Position numbers and translations under genes: made by a program. Below, one piece after another: positions 50,500 to 61,015 of a stretch of DNA of 64,000 bases. The notes under the pieces were generated by a model that had not been told where the DNA came from, made no database searches, and saw nothing but the letters and a program-made list of their open reading frames with translations. Each line of letters opens with the position of its first letter. Positions within the stretch are counted from its first letter, which is position 1. The stretch is from Candidatus Marinacidobacterales bacterium (GTDB lineage Bacteria > Acidobacteriota > Vicinamibacteria > Marinacidobacterales > DATDRI01): the NCBI GenBank assembly GCA_965219415.1, contig OZ244742.1, positions 800,001 to 864,000 on the forward strand, given 5' to 3'.

Positions 50500-52770
50500 G
50501 TGACCCGCCTCCTTCCAATAATTCTCGTACTTCTGGGAGGTTCGTTAGGCGCGCTCCTACCGCTCGCCGACGGCGGCTACCTCGACCTCGCCCAGGGCCG
50601 TCAAATAAGTGTTACTGGCCGGCCGGCCCCCCCCCCGACACGGTCCTCTCGCTGGGGATCGCCGAGAAGACAGCTGGCTGGCTGGGAAGTTGGCTCCTCT
50701 TTCAGGTCCATCGTCTCGGCGGTGAACTCGGTCTGCGCGTCCTGGCCTCGGCCTGTTTGGGTGGCGGAGCCTTATTGTTGTTATTCGTTCGACCAGGCAG
50801 CGTTGGCTTCGTAACCGCGTGCGGCGCGGTTACGCTAGCCGCCACCACCCTTGACTTGTCCACGTTCCTCTTTTCTTGGCCGCTCCTGTCCGCGGTGGTC
50901 CTTTGCTTGACCACGCTCCGCGAGAAAAACAAAGTGGTGGCTACTACTACTTCTCGTGCCCCTGAGTGCCTGGTCCTTCCTCAACCGCGACGCGTTGCTG
51001 GGGCTAGCCTTGGCGGGCCTTGCCATATTCACGTTCCTGGTTCGCGCGATCACACTGGCGGGCGCTGCAGAACCGAACAAACGCTGGGCGGTTTTCAAAG
51101 AACCACTGATCTTGGCCGGGGTGGGCGTCGTCACGGCGGTTCTCATCAGCGCGAGTCCCCAAGGGTGGCAGAACATCGGGAACCCGCTCACCGAGATGGC
51201 GCTCTTGCAGCAGGCCGGAACCTCCGGTTGGACCCCGGTGTCGGTTCGAGAAGACACATTGTTCTTCGTTCTGGCCACGGCCACCGGCTTCCTCGCCCTC
51301 ACCGCACCACCTCTCGCTGTGCCGTTCGAGACCTTAGCGATGAGCTCCTTTCTCGTCCTCTCGCTCTTCTCCAAGCACTTCGTGCTGTTCTTCGCCGCGG
51401 TTGCGATGCCACCGAGTAGCCGTTACCTAGTCGCCCTCGGGGAGAAAATTCCGGCGACTCCGGGTCGATTACGGAGCGTGCTCACGAGCCCCGCAGCAGC
51501 GCTCGCCTTGGGCCTCGTACTCGTGCTCCCCCATGCGATGACATCACCGCAAGGACACCCCTTCCACACCGCAATGAGCTTCATCACGGAGCACGGCCTG
51601 GAGCGCCCGATCTTCAACGTTCCAAGCTCGGGGGGACTTGCCAGCTGGCGGGGTGAGTTGACGCCGCTCGCGTACTTGCGTCCCGAGTCCCTTGGGGCAT
51701 TCGAGGACGAGATTGTTTCGCATCGCCTCGCCGAGACTCTCGAGAACCATGACCTCGATTTCGTTCTACTCGATCGAGATTTCGCGCAACGGGCGAGGAG
51801 GCAGCTGACCGAGATCCCGGATCTGAAACCGCTGTTCTTCGATGACACCGCCCTTCTGTTTACGCGCAAAGGGGATGACTCAGGGCCACTCTCGGATCTA
51901 GCCTTTCGTTATTTCGATCCTCTCAAGATGCCCTCGGATTACGAGCCGGAAACGGTGCCCTTGGCGATCCAGGAGCTTTTCGAGCACTACGATCGGTATT
52001 CTCCCTCGGCAACGACCCTGTGGAAGTTAGGAAGTTTGCTTCTCCGAGTCGAGCGGCGAGAAGAAGCCTTGGAGGCCTTCGAGGCGGCGCACCGGCTCGA
52101 TCGAGACGAACTCCGAACGCTGCGGGCGCTTTCCCGCCTCTACATCGACAAGGGGATGTACCGTCTTGCCGAGGAGTCCGCTCGCCAAGCACTTCGTCTC
52201 ACCCGAGACGAAGAATTCACCTACAACCTCGCGCTAGCTCTCTACGGTCAGGGGCGCTATGCAGATGCTTCCCGACAGTTCGAGCGCGTGCTCGAGTTGA
52301 ATAGGGACAACCTCAAGGCCCGAAGAGCACTCGTCGATCTGTACGGTCAACTCGGTCAACTCGAGGAGTCATTCTCTCAGAAGGAAACGCTGACTGCCAT
52401 GGAAGAAACGAGAACCGGAGCCCTTCTAGGTAAGGCCCAGGAACATTACGAATTGCTCGACTTCGAAGGTGCGGCACACTTTCACCGACGAGCTCTCGAC
52501 GTGCGCCGAGATCAACCGGAGCTCCTCTGGAACCTCGCCATGATCCTCCTCACCGACGATCGCACCGAAGCGACATTGGAGGTGTTACGAGAGCTCCTCG
52601 ACCTCGCGCCGCGGCATAGCGATGCCCAACTTACCCTCGGAGTGCTCTGTGCGAGAGAGAAGAACTGCGACACGGAGGAAAGTAGGGCTCACCTGGAAGC
52701 TTTCCTCATCCTTTCACCCGATGACCTCAATATGGAGCTGGCGAAACAGGAACTTGAGAACCTCCAATAG
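50500..52770 (+). CDS. Polytopic membrane protein with C-terminal TPRs, with frameshifts in the 5' part
   Basis: Hydrophobic segments spread over ORFs 50500, 50757 and 50956, and TPR repeats in the last ~250 aa. Confidence 0.7.
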
Positions 52771-52859
52771 GGCCGGGCCCTATTTCACCCCGGCGCTGGG
52801 TTCCTCCACAACGAAGTCTCACCCGACGCTTGTTCGAAAGCCTTTGTACCCACGCCTCT

Positions 52860-52888
52860 TTGACTTCGAGATTCGCTTTCCCTAGAAT
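52860..52888 (+). promoter_or_regulatory. Sigma70 promoter of lpxD
   Basis: TTGACT-17 nt-TAGAAT. Confidence 0.7.
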
Positions 52889-52933
52889 GCCTCCCGAGAC
52901 CCGAGCCCGATCGGCAAGAGAGAGAAAGACGTT

Positions 52934-53971
52934 TTGAGTAACCGGCGGTCCTTCCGCGTCGACGAGTTAGCGAAACAGGTTGGAGGGAGCCTGGTCGGTG
53001 ACGGTAGCGTCGAAATCACCGGGGTAGCATCGCTTGCAGACGCGGGACCGACCGACGTCAGCTTCTTTGCCAGCGCCAAGTACTCCGATGCGCTGGCACG
53101 CACGCGCGCAGGAGCCATCCTCTCGGTCGACAACGATCCAGAGTTAGCCATCCCTAAAATCCTCGTGTCCGATCCGTTTCTGAGCATCAATCGACTCGTT
53201 GATCTCTTCAATCCCCCAGATCAATTGAGACCACCTCCCGGTATAGATCCTCAGGCAAAGATCCCGGCCTCGGCCAAGATTGGTTCAGGAGTTTCGATCG
53301 GCCCATTCGTCTGCATCGGAGCCGAGGCAGCGATCGGTGCGAGAACCGTGCTTCACCCCGGGGTGTACGTCGGCCAGGGAGTCCAATTGGGGGACGATGT
53401 GACGCTATGGCCGAACGTCGTGATCCGCGAAGGCACTTCGATCGGTTGTCGAGTAACCGTGCATCCGGGCGCCGTAATTGGTGCGGACGGTTTCGGCTTC
53501 GCTCGGCGAAACGGTCACTTCATCAAGATCCGCCACGTGGGCACGGTGGTCATCGAGGACGACGTCGAGATTGGCGCCAATGCAACGATCGACCGTGCAA
53601 CCTTTGGTCGAACGTTGATACGACGCGGGGTTCGGCTCGACAATCAAGTCCACATCGGTCACAACGTCGAGATAGGTGAGGACACAGTCATGGCCGCGCA
53701 GTGTGGCATATCCGGCAGCACCGTCATTGGAAAGCGGGTCATGATGGGCGGTCAAGTCGGCCTAGTCGATCATTTGAACGTGGGCGACGATGCGATTTTC
53801 ATCGCCCAGTCAGGCGTGATCGGCGACATTCCTGCTGAGGCCCAGGTCTCGGGATATCCCGCCCGTTCCCATCGCGAAGTCTTGCGAGCGCAGGCGGAGA
53901 TGCGAGCCCTCCCTCGTTTGAAAGCGAAGCTCCGCGAGCTCGAGGAGAAAATCCAGCGACTCTTGAGCTGA
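52934..53971 (+). CDS. lpxD: UDP-3-O-acylglucosamine N-acyltransferase
   Basis: Hexapeptide repeats, IGADGFG, IDRAT and LDNQVHIGHN motifs. Confidence 0.96.
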   Translation: MSNRRSFRVDELAKQVGGSLVGDGSVEITGVASLADAGPTDVSFFASAKYSDALARTRAGAILSVDNDPELAIPKILVSDPFLSINRLVDLFNPPDQLRPPPGIDPQAKIPASAKIGSGVSIGPFVCIGAEAAIGARTVLHPGVYVGQGVQLGDDVTLWPNVVIREGTSIGCRVTVHPGAVIGADGFGFARRNGHFIKIRHVGTVVIEDDVEIGANATIDRATFGRTLIRRGVRLDNQVHIGHNVEIGEDTVMAAQCGISGSTVIGKRVMMGGQVGLVDHLNVGDDAIFIAQSGVIGDIPAEAQVSGYPARSHREVLRAQAEMRALPRLKAKLRELEEKIQRLLS

Positions 53972-54017
53972 GCGCAACCCACCGATATTTTTGACACTCG
54001 ATCCACGTTTGGATACG

Positions 54018-55265
54018 ATGGGCGCTCTCCAGGAGCCGCATTTGATCCCCGTTCAAAAAGCCCTTGAAATCGTTCTCGACAACGCTCGCGTACTCCCATC
54101 CGAAATCGTCGACTTTCAAGACGCACCGGGGCGCGTGCTGGCCGAAGACATCGTTTCCGATCTCGATCTCCCTCCCTTTCCTCGCTCTGCGGTAGACGGT
54201 TTCGCACTCCGTGCTGCAGATGTGAAGTCACCACCATCCCAGCTTCGCGTCGTCGGTGTCGTACCTGCGGGAGCGTCGCCCGCATTCCGGGTGAATGCCG
54301 GCGAAGCCGCTCAAGTAATGACTGGCGCGCCTGCACCCGAAGGAACGGACGCGGTACAGATGGTAGAGAAAACACGCGTCGAGGGAGAGCGCGTCGGGAT
54401 CCTTGAGACGGTACGTTCGGGGCAAAACGTCGCGCCCCGCGGCGATGAAGTCAAAGAAGGCGACATCGTTCTTTGCAAGGGGACTCGCTTGGACGCGGCC
54501 TCGGTGGCAGTCGCCGCCACGGTCGGCAAGGTCAAGCTGCCGGTCGGTGGTCGCGTTCGGCTCGCCGTCATCGCGACCGGCGACGAGCTCGTCGATCCTG
54601 CCTCCAAACCCGGGCCTGGAAAGATTCGGAACAGCAACGGTTTTTCTCTAGTCGCCCAGGCACGCTCCGCTGGAGCGGAGGTGCGGTATCTAGGTGTGGC
54701 GAAAGACACGGAGGAATCGCTGCGGGAGTTGATCCGAGATGGACTGCGTGCCGATGTGCTCTTGCTGTCCGGCGGTGTCTCGATGGGTCGCTTCGATCTG
54801 GTGGAAGGCGTCCTCGGCGAGCTCGGCGTCCGGACGCTTTTCGATCGTGTGGCCCTCAAACCAGGAAAACCTCTTGTTTTCGGGAACTCTGTCGGCGACC
54901 GCAGCCTCGTGTTCGGCCTTCCCGGCAATCCCGTATCAACCATGGTGACGTTCGAGCTCTTCGTTCGTCCCGCCCTGGCTAAAATGGAAGGCTGCAGCGA
55001 ACCGCACCGCCCTCTCCTTTCGGCCACCCTCCGAGATTCTCTATCGAGTAAAGGAGCTCGCCGTGCGTTCCTACCCGGGTGGATCGAACCTGAAGGCTCG
55101 GGTATGGCGGCCCATCCGATCTCGACACGCGGGTCCGCCGACATCGTCGCGTTTTCGAAAGCGAACGCGCTGTTGATCGTGCCCGAGGATGAGGAGCGGC
55201 TCGACGCGGGACAGACGGTCCAGGTGTATCCCTTGGACCGATTTCTTTACCTAGCGGGGTGCTGA
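54018..55265 (+). CDS. moeA: Molybdopterin molybdenumtransferase
   Basis: PPFPRSAVDGFA, MTGAP, TGDEL, SGGVSMG and GLPGNP motifs. Confidence 0.96.
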   Translation: MGALQEPHLIPVQKALEIVLDNARVLPSEIVDFQDAPGRVLAEDIVSDLDLPPFPRSAVDGFALRAADVKSPPSQLRVVGVVPAGASPAFRVNAGEAAQVMTGAPAPEGTDAVQMVEKTRVEGERVGILETVRSGQNVAPRGDEVKEGDIVLCKGTRLDAASVAVAATVGKVKLPVGGRVRLAVIATGDELVDPASKPGPGKIRNSNGFSLVAQARSAGAEVRYLGVAKDTEESLRELIRDGLRADVLLLSGGVSMGRFDLVEGVLGELGVRTLFDRVALKPGKPLVFGNSVGDRSLVFGLPGNPVSTMVTFELFVRPALAKMEGCSEPHRPLLSATLRDSLSSKGARRAFLPGWIEPEGSGMAAHPISTRGSADIVAFSKANALLIVPEDEERLDAGQTVQVYPLDRFLYLAGC

Positions 55266-55440
55266 AGAATGCACGGCACCCTGCGCGAGGGAGCGTCAGC
55301 TGTCCCGCAGCCGCTTGTCGGCGGAGGGACCGCGGTGGGTGTCAGATCCTGCCGGCCGCCAAATTGCGTGGTTGCTTTAACCGGAGCGAGCCAGGCGGCG
55401 GTGGGGCCCCGCGCCATTCATCGAGGAGTGAGCGCGCACT
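55251..55440 (+). repeat. Modular intergenic repeat, copy D
   Basis: CTAGCGGGGTGCTGAAGAATGCACGGCACCC ... GAGTGAGCGCGCACT. Confidence 0.85.
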
Positions 55441-55459
55441 GAGGAGCTAGAGAGGATCG

Positions 55460-55951
55460 ATGGCACGCCGCACAACCAAGCTAACCCACGTTTCCTCGAC
55501 CGGGCAGGTCCGCATGGTGGACGTGGGGGATAAGACCGTCTCCCGGCGAGAGGCGATCGCAGCGGGCACCGTCCGCATATCTCCCGAAGCGATGGACAAA
55601 GTGAGGGAGGGGCAAATCGCCAAGGGTAACGTGGAGGAAACCGCTCGCTTGGCCGGCATCATGGCGGCGAAGAAGACCTCGGAGTTGATTCCACTTTGTC
55701 ATGCGCTCCAGCTGGAGCACGTAGAGATCGAAATTCGAGACATCGGGACCGGCTTCCAAATCGAGGCCTCGGTGCGCACGAACGCGAAGACAGGCGTCGA
55801 GATGGAAGCACTGACTGCCGTTTCCGTTGCGGCGCTCGCTATCTATGACATGGTGAAAGCCGTCGATCGGGCGGTCGTCATCGACGAGGTTCGCCTCCTC
55901 AGAAAATCGGGTGGGCGAAGTGGGCTCTACGTACGTCAGGAAGCAAAGTGA
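55460..55951 (+). CDS. moaC: Cyclic pyranopterin monophosphate synthase
   Basis: LTH, MVDV, LIPLCH, TGVEMEAL, YDMVKA and KSGG motifs. Confidence 0.97.
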   Translation: MARRTTKLTHVSSTGQVRMVDVGDKTVSRREAIAAGTVRISPEAMDKVREGQIAKGNVEETARLAGIMAAKKTSELIPLCHALQLEHVEIEIRDIGTGFQIEASVRTNAKTGVEMEALTAVSVAALAIYDMVKAVDRAVVIDEVRLLRKSGGRSGLYVRQEAK

Positions 55952-56782
55952 GACCACGAATGAAACCTGCTAGACGAACCAGAAGCATCGTCGGCCGAGG
56001 CCCCCGACCGCCTCGTCCTCCGGGTGGAGGTAGAAAGCTCCCGCCACACCTCGCGCACCCGGCGCGCCGAAGCGCCCTGCCGCGCCGCTTCCATCTAGAA
56101 AGCCACCGCGTAAAAAAGCCCCCCCTCGACCTAAGCAACCGCGGGGATCTATGCCGCGATGGCTGAGGCTCCTCTTCCTGCTACTCGTGCTTGCTATCTT
56201 TGGCAGTGGTGGCTACCTGTACTACCGCGGCCGGGCTTCACTACCTCAGCTCGACGGCTCGCTAAAGCTGACCGGACTTTCCGCTCCCGTCGAGGTGCTT
56301 CGCGATCCTTTCGGCGTCCCTCACATATTCGGGACCGCTGCCGAGGATATCGCCCGCGCCACCGGTTTCGTCCATGCGCAAGATCGTTTGTTCCAGATGG
56401 AGCTCTCGCGCCGCCTGGGTACGGGAACGGTCGCCGAGGTGCTGGGGGAGCCCGGCCTATCCCTCGACCGTAGAGTTCGTCGGATCGGCCTCGGGCTCGC
56501 CGCCCAGACCGAGTTGGAACGAACCGATCCGGAGGCCCGTGCCATCCTGGATGCGTACGCGCAAGGCGTGAACGCCTACTTGACCGCACAGGAGGACAAC
56601 CTTCCGCCGGAGTTCCAGATACTCGGCTTGAAACCGCGCCCCTGGGAACCGGCCGACAGCTTGGCGATCGTCAAATGGATGTCGCTTCTGCTCTCCGAGA
56701 ATGCATCGGTCGAGCTCTTGCGCGCACAACTAGCCGAAACTTTGGGGGCCGAAGGTGCCTACCTCCTTACCGGACTCACACC

Positions 56783-58242
56783 GGGGATGTCCCGCCGGAT
56801 GTTGAATTTGGGGTAGCGGCGGCTCCTTGGCCGGCCTAAGAATAGGTCTGCCAAACAACCGTCTCCAGAGGGGGACAAGGAGCCACCAATGCCTAGGAAA
56901 TCAAAGAAGCCAGTAAGAAAGCAAACGCACTCGCCTACGGGCAAGGTAGTTGGCCAAGTCGGTCAGATACTGCTACCGATGATAGCTGGGATCGCGGCCA
57001 CGAAGGCGGAACTGACGGAATGGGTGTACGAGCAAGGACTGACAGCTCTGCACCTACTGCTCAGAGAGGACGCCGAGGAGATCGCGGGGCTCAAGGGCAA
57101 GCACGAGAAGGAGCGAACTCATAACCACTGGGGGAGCACGAACGGAGAGCTGAGCTTCGGTGGTCGTCGCATCCAAGTGTCGCGACCTCGAGTTCGCTCG
57201 AAGTCGGGCGAGGAGGCGTCGCTTCCACACTTCGAAGCCTTCCGCGAAGAAGACCCGCTTCCAGAGCGAGTGTTGAATCAGATCTTGGTGGGGGTATCGA
57301 CCCGAAATTACGAATCGAGTCTGAACAAACCCGCGGCCAAGTTGAAGTCTCGTGGCACGAGTAAGAGTGCCGCCAGCCGTCACCTCGTGAGCCAGACGAC
57401 TAAGAAGCTCGAGGAATACCTGTCTCGGCGGCTAGAGGAGTTCGAGCTTGCGGCACTGATGCTGGATGGCCTTGAGGTGGCCGGACAGACCGTCGTCGTA
57501 ACTCTAGGTATCACAATAGATGGAACGAAGGTGCCCCTGGGTATATGGCTGGGCTCGACGGAGAACTCTCGGGTGTGCACCGCGATGTTGCAGGACCTTC
57601 TCGAGCGGGGCTTGCGCGTCGATGAGTCGATTCTCTGCGTAGTGGACGGAGGCAAAGGCATCCGCAAGGCACTCGTCGACGTTTTGGGGGACCTCGCGGT
57701 CATCCAAAGGTGCCAGATCCATAAACTCCGGAATCTTCGCTCGTACCTTCCCAAGTCTCGTCACGCCTACGTACTCCAGACGATGAAGGAAGCCTACAAG
57801 TGCAAGAGTGCCGACAAGGCGCGCAAGCGACTTCAGGCATTGGTGTCGTGGCTCGAGCGAAACGGCTACGACGAAGCTGCCGGAAGCCTTCGTGAAGGGA
57901 TGGAAGAGACACTCACGGTCGTGAAGCTCGCGCTGCCCGCCTTACTTCGCCAGTCTCTTGCCACGACGAACGCCATTGAGAATCTCAACGGAACCATTCG
58001 CAGAGTATCGAGAAACGTCAAGCGTTGGAAGAGTCCTTCCATGGTTCGCCGATGGACCGCTCTTGGCGTCGTCACCGCGCAGAAAAAGTTCCGGCGTATC
58101 AAAGGCTATCGCCATATGGGCGCTTTCGTTCACGCGCTTAGAAGCAAACAGAAATCTCTTGACAGCGATGAGTTTGCTGCCTAAGAGTATTCACAGGTGC
58201 CGCCGCTACCCGACCAAATTCAACAGCGGCCGGGACATCCCC
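56783..58242 (+). mobile_element. IS256-family insertion sequence, intact
   Basis: Terminal IRs GGGGATGTCCCG...TGTTGAATTTGG and 8-bp TSD CTCACACC at 56775-56782 and 58243-58250. Confidence 0.96.
56889..58184 (+). CDS. IS256-family transposase
   Basis: LMLDG, VVDGGKG, QRCQIHK and TTNAIE motifs. Confidence 0.95.
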   Translation: MPRKSKKPVRKQTHSPTGKVVGQVGQILLPMIAGIAATKAELTEWVYEQGLTALHLLLREDAEEIAGLKGKHEKERTHNHWGSTNGELSFGGRRIQVSRPRVRSKSGEEASLPHFEAFREEDPLPERVLNQILVGVSTRNYESSLNKPAAKLKSRGTSKSAASRHLVSQTTKKLEEYLSRRLEEFELAALMLDGLEVAGQTVVVTLGITIDGTKVPLGIWLGSTENSRVCTAMLQDLLERGLRVDESILCVVDGGKGIRKALVDVLGDLAVIQRCQIHKLRNLRSYLPKSRHAYVLQTMKEAYKCKSADKARKRLQALVSWLERNGYDEAAGSLREGMEETLTVVKLALPALLRQSLATTNAIENLNGTIRRVSRNVKRWKSPSMVRRWTALGVVTAQKKFRRIKGYRHMGAFVHALRSKQKSLDSDEFAA

Positions 58243-59966
58243 CTCACACCACCGCCAACGGACAGCGCGAGCCACTTGGAAGCGGACAGGGGTTGGGGAA
58301 GGCTAGCCTCTGGGTCGGCTCTCGCCGGTCATCGCTTTCTGCGGCTCGGCGCTAGCAGTGCTTGGGTCGTTTCGGGTAGTCGATCGACGACCGGGGCGCC
58401 CCTACTCGCCTCCGACCCGCACTTGGGACTCGGTATTCCCTCGGTGTGGTATGAAGTCCATCAGTCCGGCGCGGGTCTCAACGTGGCGGGAGCAAGTCTC
58501 CCCGGCCTCCCCATGGTTGTCATCGGACACAACGATCGCATCGCTTGGGGAGTCACCGCGCTCTATGCGGACGTCCAAGATCATTACGTCGAGACGATCA
58601 ACCCGTCCGACCCGGGCCAATACGCGGCGGGGGATGTCTGGGAAGACTTTCAGAGCTTTCAGGAGACCATCTCGGTAGCTGGAGGCACTCCGGTCACGCT
58701 GCCGATCCAGCATAGTCGACACGGTGTAGTCGTTTCCGATCAACCGCGGAACGGCCAAGTACTTTCCCTCCGGTGGGACGCCCCGTGGAACGGAGATAGT
58801 GCGCTCGCACTGCTAAGGTTGAACCGCGCGGGCGGTTGGTTTGAATTCACTGAGGCACTTCGGACATTAACGAGCCCCACCCTCGCTTTCCTCTACGCCG
58901 ACGTCGAAGGCAACATCGGATTCTTCCCTGCTGGCGAGGTGCCGGTTCGAACGGGGTTCGACGGAACCATGCCCGTCGACGGAGCCTCGGGGCAGTTCGA
59001 ATGGCAAGGTTATATCCCGCGCGAGATGAAGCCACTCGTCCTGAATCCCGAAGAGGGATTCATCGTTTCCGCAAACCACAAGATGGTGCCGGACGAAACG
59101 GACTACCCCTTGGGCCGGGATCAACTGGCGCCGTTCCGAGCCAACCGCATTGCGGCACTCGTCGGAGCGCGGGCTCAGCTGGGAGCCGCCGACTTCCAGG
59201 CGATCCAGGCCGATCGATACGACACCTCAACCGAGTCTCTCCTCCGATACGTGGTGGCACTGAACGTAGCCCCCGGTGATGCGAGTGACGCACAGAGTTT
59301 ATTGAGAACCTGGGACCGGAAAATGGGACGCGGCGCCGCTCCCGCACTCTATCAGGCATTCTACGTAAGGTTGCTGGCGAATACCTTTCAAGACGATGTT
59401 TCGGACGCTCTCTATCCAGATTTTTTGGACTTCGTCGAAATGGGGCATCCGGGTGGCATCTATGCGATCGTCGACGACCCCAATTCTGAATGGTGGGACA
59501 ATCGCACCACGCCTGCCGTGGAAGATCGCAAGGCAATTTTCATGCAGAGCTTCGAGGAGGCGGTCGCGCTGCTAGGCACTCGGCAAGGACAAGATCCATC
59601 TGGGTGGGACTGGGCGGCGCTGCACGGTGTATTGTTCGAGCATCCCCTAGGACAGGGGCCCCTACTCGGTTGGATATTCAATCGCGGCCCCTCACCTTTC
59701 GGCGGCTCGACCTACACCATTGCGAACGCGATGGTTTCACTCAGCGATCCGTTCGCCGCCCCTGCTGGGACGTCTTTGCGTTTAGTGATGGATGTCGGGA
59801 ATTGGAATGCGACGAGCTCGGTGATCCCCGCCGGAGCCTCGGGCCACCCTTTGAGTCCCCACTATTTCGACCAGAATGGAGACTGGCAATCGGGTCGCAA
59901 CCATCCTCTGTTATTCGATCGTGTGCAGATCGAAGGAACCGTGGAAGGCCGCCTTCTCTTGAACCC

Positions 59967-60208
59967 CTAGCAGCGCGCTGAAGAATTCACTGCACCCTGC
60001 GCGAGGAGCCATCAGCTGTCCCGAAGCCGCTTGCCGGCGAAGGGACGGCGGTGCGGGTGGGGCCCCGCCGCATTGATGAAGGAGCGAGCCCGAGTGGGCC
60101 GCCAAACTAGGTCGTTGCTAAAACTCGCCGTGGCCAGGCGGCGGGCCGACGACGGGAGGCCGAGCGAGGAGCGAGGCCAAGCGCGCGAACGCGGAGTGAG
60201 CGCGCACT
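59967..60208 (+). repeat. Modular intergenic repeat, copy E
   Basis: CTAGCAGCGCGCTGAAGAATTCACTGCACCC ... GAGTGAGCGCGCACT. Confidence 0.85.
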
Positions 60209-60214
60209 AATTCA

Positions 60215-60619
60215 TTAGGATTGGCGTCGGTCGGAAGCGTGATGATGGACTCTCAACCACCGGCCCTCACGGAACACCATCACATCGGTAACCCATCCCT
60301 CCCAGTTGAACTCGATGTCATGAACGCTGCTGTATATTTTCTGTTTGTAGTCGATGATGGCCACGTCTCCGAAAAGCGACACTTGGGGTTCTTGGACGGT
60401 CGTCTTCGAGTGCTGGAACTCGCCCAGCAAGGTCTCCAGTCGGTCTCGAACCGCTTCCCAACCGCTTGCCCGAGCGCTCACACCGGCGGGAATGATGCTC
60501 GACTCGGATCCCTGATAGTGAGCGGCAATCAAGCTGTCGAGATCGCGGCGATCGAAGGCGGAGGCGATTTGAAGAACGGCATCCAACACGTCCCGCGCTT
60601 TGTCGTCTAGCTCCGTCAA
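60215..60619 (-). CDS. NTF2/SnoaL-like (DUF4440-type) protein
   Basis: GWEAVR, FGDVA and TDVMVFREGRWLRVHHHAS motifs. Confidence 0.85.
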   Translation of the reverse strand: MTELDDKARDVLDAVLQIASAFDRRDLDSLIAAHYQGSESSIIPAGVSARASGWEAVRDRLETLLGEFQHSKTTVQEPQVSLFGDVAIIDYKQKIYSSVHDIEFNWEGWVTDVMVFREGRWLRVHHHASDRRQS

Positions 60620-60688
60620 CCTCTCCCCCCTTTCGGGCCGTCGAATCTAAAGGATTGATTCTAAATAGTATCGAGAATTATGGCAAGC

Positions 60689-60718
60689 TTGCGATGACAT
60701 TTCGGGAGTTGCTATAAT
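60689..60718 (+). promoter_or_regulatory. Sigma70 promoter with extended -10, upstream of the lysW-like and larE genes
   Basis: TTGCGA-18 nt-TATAAT with TGn before the -10. Confidence 0.65.
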
Positions 60719-60841
60719 TCCCCTCCGAACCAGTGGCAGGGATCCATAACGAGCTCATGACGTTCTATCTAAGCCCAAGAACGTCGGCGAAGCGAAATTC
60801 ATTGACCAAATTCTGTCTCATCGTGCTCCGCGGGAGAGCCC

Positions 60842-61015
60842 ATGCATCCTGATTGTCCAGAATGTGAGTCTGAGATCGAAATTGATAATCTGGATGTCGA
60901 CCAGGGTGAGGTGATTAGCTGCCCGGAGTGCGGTGTAGATCTCCGAGTGTTGAGTGTAGGCCCGATTGAATTGGAGCTGGCACCGGTCGAAGGCGGGGAA
61001 TGGGGTGAGATTTGA
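60842..61015 (+). CDS. LysW-like small acidic zinc-ribbon protein (57 aa, not in the ORF track)
   Basis: MHPDCPECESEIEIDNLDVDQGEVISCPECGVDLRVLSVGPIELELAPVEGGEWGEI*, with a GGGAGAG RBS and a TTGA overlap with larE. Confidence 0.88.
   Translation: MHPDCPECESEIEIDNLDVDQGEVISCPECGVDLRVLSVGPIELELAPVEGGEWGEI

Larger units (their letters stand above)
56151..59970 (+). pseudogene. Penicillin acylase family Ntn-hydrolase split by IS256 (alpha part 56151-56782, spacer and beta part 58243-59970)
   Basis: RDPFGVPHI and HAQDRLFQM in the alpha part. SSAWVVSG, DPHL, ADVEGNI, SANH and GASGHPLSPHYFDQ in the beta part. Confidence 0.92.

Noticed and set aside
15428-52770. Frameshifts in ArnT, the metallophosphoesterase, the ankyrin gene, the GGDEF protein, the MacB permease and the TPR membrane protein as phase variation or mass pseudogenisation
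   Set aside because: Scattered single-base indels, often at short homopolymers, in otherwise intact genes fit long-read error better. This cannot be confirmed without reads.
58159-58187. Outward-facing IS promoter driving the acylase beta part
   Set aside because: TTGACA is present but the -10 (TAAGAG) is poor, and transcription would start downstream of the candidate ATG.
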